DNA of 64,000 nucleotides from NCBI GenBank assembly GCA_905234755.1, contig CAJOIT010000007.1, forward strand, positions 50 through 64,049, in the 5' to 3' direction. Positions 61,501-64,000 of this stretch are shown here, in pieces. This stretch comes from an uncultured Bacteroidales bacterium. GTDB taxonomy: Bacteria > Bacteroidota > Bacteroidia > Bacteroidales > ML635J-15. The notes below the pieces were generated by a model. That model worked only from the letters and a program-made list of their open reading frames with translations, had not been told where the DNA came from and searched no databases. Within the stretch, counting starts at the first letter, position 1, and every line of letters begins with the position of its first letter. The position numbers and the translations under genes are program-made.

Positions 61501-64000
61501 GAGCAAAGATTGATAGCCTTAACATATTGGTTGAAAGTGAGATAAATCTTACTTCAAATACCGATAACTATACTAGCTTGCTTTGTGGAAGGGCAATAAA
61601 CTCTGTAATTAGCAATTGCAACGTAACTCTTAACGCTGATTTTAGAATAGGCGAGGGTGCTGCAATATGTGGTAAGGCAGAACAAGCAGAAATTAAAAAC
61701 TGTAACATTTTGGGTACTGCTTCAATAATAAGTACCAGCGGCAATTATGTTGCAGGATTTGTAAGTAATGCAAGCATGTCGACGATTACGAATTGCACAA
61801 ACAATGTCGATGTTTCTTCAACAATGACAAACAGTGCGAAAATTGGCGGTATTGTAGCAAAGGCATATTCTCTGATAGTCGAAAATTGCGCCAATAATTC
61901 CAATCTTTCGGGCGGAATGCTTGTCGCAGGTATTGTAAGCGAGTTCAACAGCGGTAGTTCCCAGACATTGCCTTCTAAAGTTTTTTATTCGACAAATAGC
62001 GGTATAATCTCGGGACAATACGCTTCGGGTATTGTTGGAAATGTATACGGCTATTCGGGAGGAATGGCAATCTTGGAAGTTGGCAAGTGCATGAACTCGG
62101 GTGTAATAAACGGTAGTTTGTATTCAGCTGCAGGAATTATATCAAAACTTGAAGATGTATACGAAGTAAGTGTTTCAAACTGTGCAAACTATGGAAGTGT
62201 AAGTTGTAATCGAAATATAACGGGCATTGCACCTGAAACTATTACATGTTCGGGCAATATAGTTGCCAGCAATTTTAGCAATAGTTATAATAATAACAAT
62301 TATACCCAGGATGTAATATCACCGAATGCAGATGCAGATGACTTCTTTGACGAGCAGATAACTGAAATAAAGGTCGATTCGCTGAGGCTTAGGTTCTACG
62401 ACAATGGCACACCGCGTACAACCCAGATGATGGTAAGCAGTGCTTTTGCAGAGGAACTTCCGGGCGACTGGGATTTTACCGAGGGACTTTATCCTTTGCC
62501 TGCCGGACTTGACCCCAACGACCCGCGCAACAAACTTGCTCGCCTGCCGATAATCCTGAAATCTGATGGTGTGGGGCGTAGCGAAAGAATAACATCGGTA
62601 CTCACCAACATAACTTTGCCGCAGGTAGACGGAGTAACATGGGAATCGTCCAATCCAGATGTGATTTCAGTACCATCGGACGGTGGTGTGGCCGAGGTGA
62701 CGAATCCAAGTTCCGATGCTGAAGTTACAATCACGGCGACTTGCGAAGGTGTTTCAAGAAGTTTCACATTTACAGTACATAGCGCAGACGGTGTGTCAGC
62801 CGACAATCCAATCATCTTATCCAGTTGTCGTGACATTTTGTACAATATGTGCAACAACGAAAACTATCCATCCGGTGGTTACGGTTTTTATTTCAAGCTT
62901 GGAGATAATGTCGAGATAAATAGATATGATATAGGTGGTGATGTCGATGACAATTTCTATGTAAATCTGGAAAATATAAATGTATTGTTCCCATCAACTT
63001 ATCCTTTCCATGGACATTTTGATGGTGACGGTTACTCGATAAAATGGCAGAATGCCGAATACGAAGGCGATTATTACGGTTTGTTCAAATATGCTGAAGG
63101 CGCTGAAATTTCAAACCTGACAATGTACTACAACGATAACGGAAACTACAATTATTCGGGAACGCTTGTCGGTCATGCGAAGTCTACCACAATACGCAAC
63201 TGTGCCGTATATTCCAATCTTTCGGCAACCGACCGAGTTGGTGGTATAGCAGATAAGACATCGGATGGTACCGTAATTTCTAATTGTATATTTGTAGGCG
63301 AATTGTCTTCCAAGAATATTGGCGGTATTGTTGCATACGCTATCGATACGCGTATCGACAATTCAATATCCATGCTTCGTAAATCCTTCGAAGGCGAAAC
63401 CCTTGAAACTGGTGGTGCAATTGTGCTTTTAGGAGAAAATGTCGTTGTAGATTCCTGCCTTGTGATCGGTGATAACAATTATGGCAGGATAAATGTCGTT
63501 TCTGCTTATAACGAATCGGTTACGGCTAGCAACTGCTATTACGACAAGCAGATGTGGATTCCAGCAGATGGAGATACAATTAATAATATAGGTGTAACTA
63601 CCAGCGAGCTTGTAGAAAATGGCTTGTTCAACTGGTCGCACAGCGAAGGCAAGTATCCTGTTCCGGCCGGGGCAGCAAACTTGTCACCTGTTACACTTGT
63701 TGCAACACCAATGCTCATTGGTGCAGACGATGATGTGATGCATGTTACCGAACTTGGCATTTCAAACGATGACGATGTGCAATGGGCGGTAAATAACACA
63801 AATGCAATAGTTGGATATTCTGTTTCCTGCGTTGAGGAACCACAATCAGCGGAAATAGTTGCAACATATTCAGATGGCACATTGTCCGATCAGGCATTAT
63901 ATTACAACTTTACTCGTGAAATTACTGTTACAAAGGGTATTGTTGATGTACCCGAAAACATTGGCTTTGTGTGCGAAGGTGGAGATTTTACTTTGTCGGT
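58599..64000 (+). CDS. Giant GLUG-motif beta-helix surface protein (5' partial; continues beyond window)
   Basis: It is absent from the supplied ORF track. I translated frame 58599 codon by codon to 64000 and found no stop (>=1800 codons). It has the signal peptide MRRNIFTLLIIMLLCSSSMMAQ. Four repeats of a module start are seen (G..S.P..I.S..DL..F...... FK(L/Q)..DI ... F.G.FDG(G/D)GH(S/T)I). There are many GLUG-like turns (IGGIVA..., VAGIVSE..., ASGIVGN..., ..NC.N.G.V). Confidence 0.85.
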   Translation, partial: MRRNIFTLLIIMLLCSSSMMAQFNGFGTQSEPYLISSQQDLDNFVRAVNNGNSFSGKFFKQTADIDLVDSQIFSDGFTPIGNENNPFSGTYDGDGHSISKLTISGYYNAAMFGCVYSGCVKNLNFENVNIAVSGDVSIAAAAVALAYNSTFSNITASGQLSASDRLNSVTLAGIVGTSTSSTISGCVSMLSFDVDDVYSDVVRIAGITYSGGQQNTVSNCLVSTFIRGEYENYFPISDNGTISKCVLAESNGVPSELSATYSNCYFDHQNTIIADFPNQQIYIDGFSALPTTSMTSGALFNDEAWTETAGLYPRPASVANTGIAILAASPMTLNTTDCITSVSSNFTVSTQNNVLWHSESECVQISGTNATVTHRESDLVAEIYAYRNSLMKTLQITVLNNAYGSKVNPILLSTADDFFALSDMRWDILLTDSTNLDLLYEAYTNGELYFLVDSDVTLGNWTPIGSGSPFRCHFDGGNHTITIDSLYGNSYYYGLFSLIEGADISNVTVNYVAVPTNGYSQVGGISAYATSSVISNCKVMGQLYDYFYPEDFGFFGGFVAVAEETSFYNCVNAAELYMYAGDVGVSTGGIVGKGTNVALYSCTNLGYIHGYPDQGYVGSLIGEVNTATIVGCANFADMELRDEEPGAFIGQADDVIFQDCANYGGNFVPFAYYSSNMTFINSINVPGNTSSIGYDRDIATIFDRNATSDQPQYLFTNNYTDIQIVPATGHGTGIRGLLTSELTSASAESLNLDPNKWTFISGRYPVPSGTEYNNDLAILATTPFFLSANSGDDYETINAIRTGINLNSGNNIVWLLDSTLVVSGFVDLDSLRQDSVSVPKSIVATLGEQVREYGFLLAPRVATPENPLLIESLSDFNEFAQVLAYSGTNSGETSPLTRYKGVNVTNYGAGLSFKLTADISASDANISMISRFSGNFNGGGHTITLTTSDLSGTNVSSSPIGLFCTIERAKIDSLNILVESEINLTSNTDNYTSLLCGRAINSVISNCNVTLNADFRIGEGAAICGKAEQAEIKNCNILGTASIISTSGNYVAGFVSNASMSTITNCTNNVDVSSTMTNSAKIGGIVAKAYSLIVENCANNSNLSGGMLVAGIVSEFNSGSSQTLPSKVFYSTNSGIISGQYASGIVGNVYGYSGGMAILEVGKCMNSGVINGSLYSAAGIISKLEDVYEVSVSNCANYGSVSCNRNITGIAPETITCSGNIVASNFSNSYNNNNYTQDVISPNADADDFFDEQITEIKVDSLRLRFYDNGTPRTTQMMVSSAFAEELPGDWDFTEGLYPLPAGLDPNDPRNKLARLPIILKSDGVGRSERITSVLTNITLPQVDGVTWESSNPDVISVPSDGGVAEVTNPSSDAEVTITATCEGVSRSFTFTVHSADGVSADNPIILSSCRDILYNMCNNENYPSGGYGFYFKLGDNVEINRYDIGGDVDDNFYVNLENINVLFPSTYPFHGHFDGDGYSIKWQNAEYEGDYYGLFKYAEGAEISNLTMYYNDNGNYNYSGTLVGHAKSTTIRNCAVYSNLSATDRVGGIADKTSDGTVISNCIFVGELSSKNIGGIVAYAIDTRIDNSISMLRKSFEGETLETGGAIVLLGENVVVDSCLVIGDNNYGRINVVSAYNESVTASNCYYDKQMWIPADGDTINNIGVTTSELVENGLFNWSHSEGKYPVPAGAANLSPVTLVATPMLIGADDDVMHVTELGISNDDDVQWAVNNTNAIVGYSVSCVEEPQSAEIVATYSDGTLSDQALYYNFTREITVTKGIVDVPENIGFVCEGGDFTLS

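Noticed and set aside
1-64000. tRNA, rRNA, tmRNA or other structured RNA genes
   Set aside because: Apart from the cobalamin riboswitch, I found no T-loop/anticodon-arm patterns (GTTCGAATC-type) outside coding frames and no rRNA-like conserved blocks. This was a visual scan only, so tRNAscan-SE/Infernal would be needed for certainty.

Overview
This 64-kb window looks like a Bacteroidales chromosome segment. Supporting signs are TAnnTTTG -7 promoter boxes, no Shine-Dalgarno sequences, lipoprotein and T9SS C-terminal sorting signals, and SusC-less TonB receptors.

Layout by coordinate:
- (1) 0.4-11.2 kb: a cobalamin riboswitch, then a + strand metabolic operon. It encodes citrate lyase (citD-E-F-X and a fused citC/citG), aconitase, NADP-isocitrate dehydrogenase, and an OadA-like carboxyltransferase whose biotinyl domain lacks the biotin lysine.
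- (2) 11.3-24.7 kb: an accessory, visibly AT-rich island bracketed by AAA+ (DUF4143-type) ATPase genes. Each ATPase gene has its own phased repeat array upstream.
- (3) 24.9-43.5 kb: a TonB-dependent receptor, two paralogous OB-fold lipoproteins, and two giant T9SS cargo proteins (a 2192-aa gingipain/C25-like protein and an ~1880-aa Fn3-rich protein), with a PfkB kinase between them.
- (4) 43.6-58.4 kb: housekeeping genes (kce, kal, CoA-transferase A, lolE-like, rbfA, PNP, lpxK, alkD-like, heptose kinase, fumC, asnB, GT2). Interspersed are a Zn-ribbon/DUF1232/HNH-EndoVII-like mini-operon and a third ATPase.
- (5) 58.6-64.0 kb: a very large GLUG-motif surface-protein ORF. It runs off the window and is missing from the supplied ORF track.

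The island holds two cassettes. The first is my top candidate for an undescribed system. It is a tightly coupled five-gene operon (13.2-18.4 kb) encoding an m5C methyltransferase, a protein fusing an N-terminal MORC/Hsp90-like GHKL ATPase to a complete histidine kinase, a receiver-domain protein, a minimal CHAT/caspase-like protein and an HNH nuclease. The second (18.4-21.8 kb) has two more m5C methyltransferases plus an HNH_2-type endonuclease and looks like a conventional R-M system. A Fic protein follows.

No rRNA, tRNA, CRISPR array, integrase or transposase was seen.
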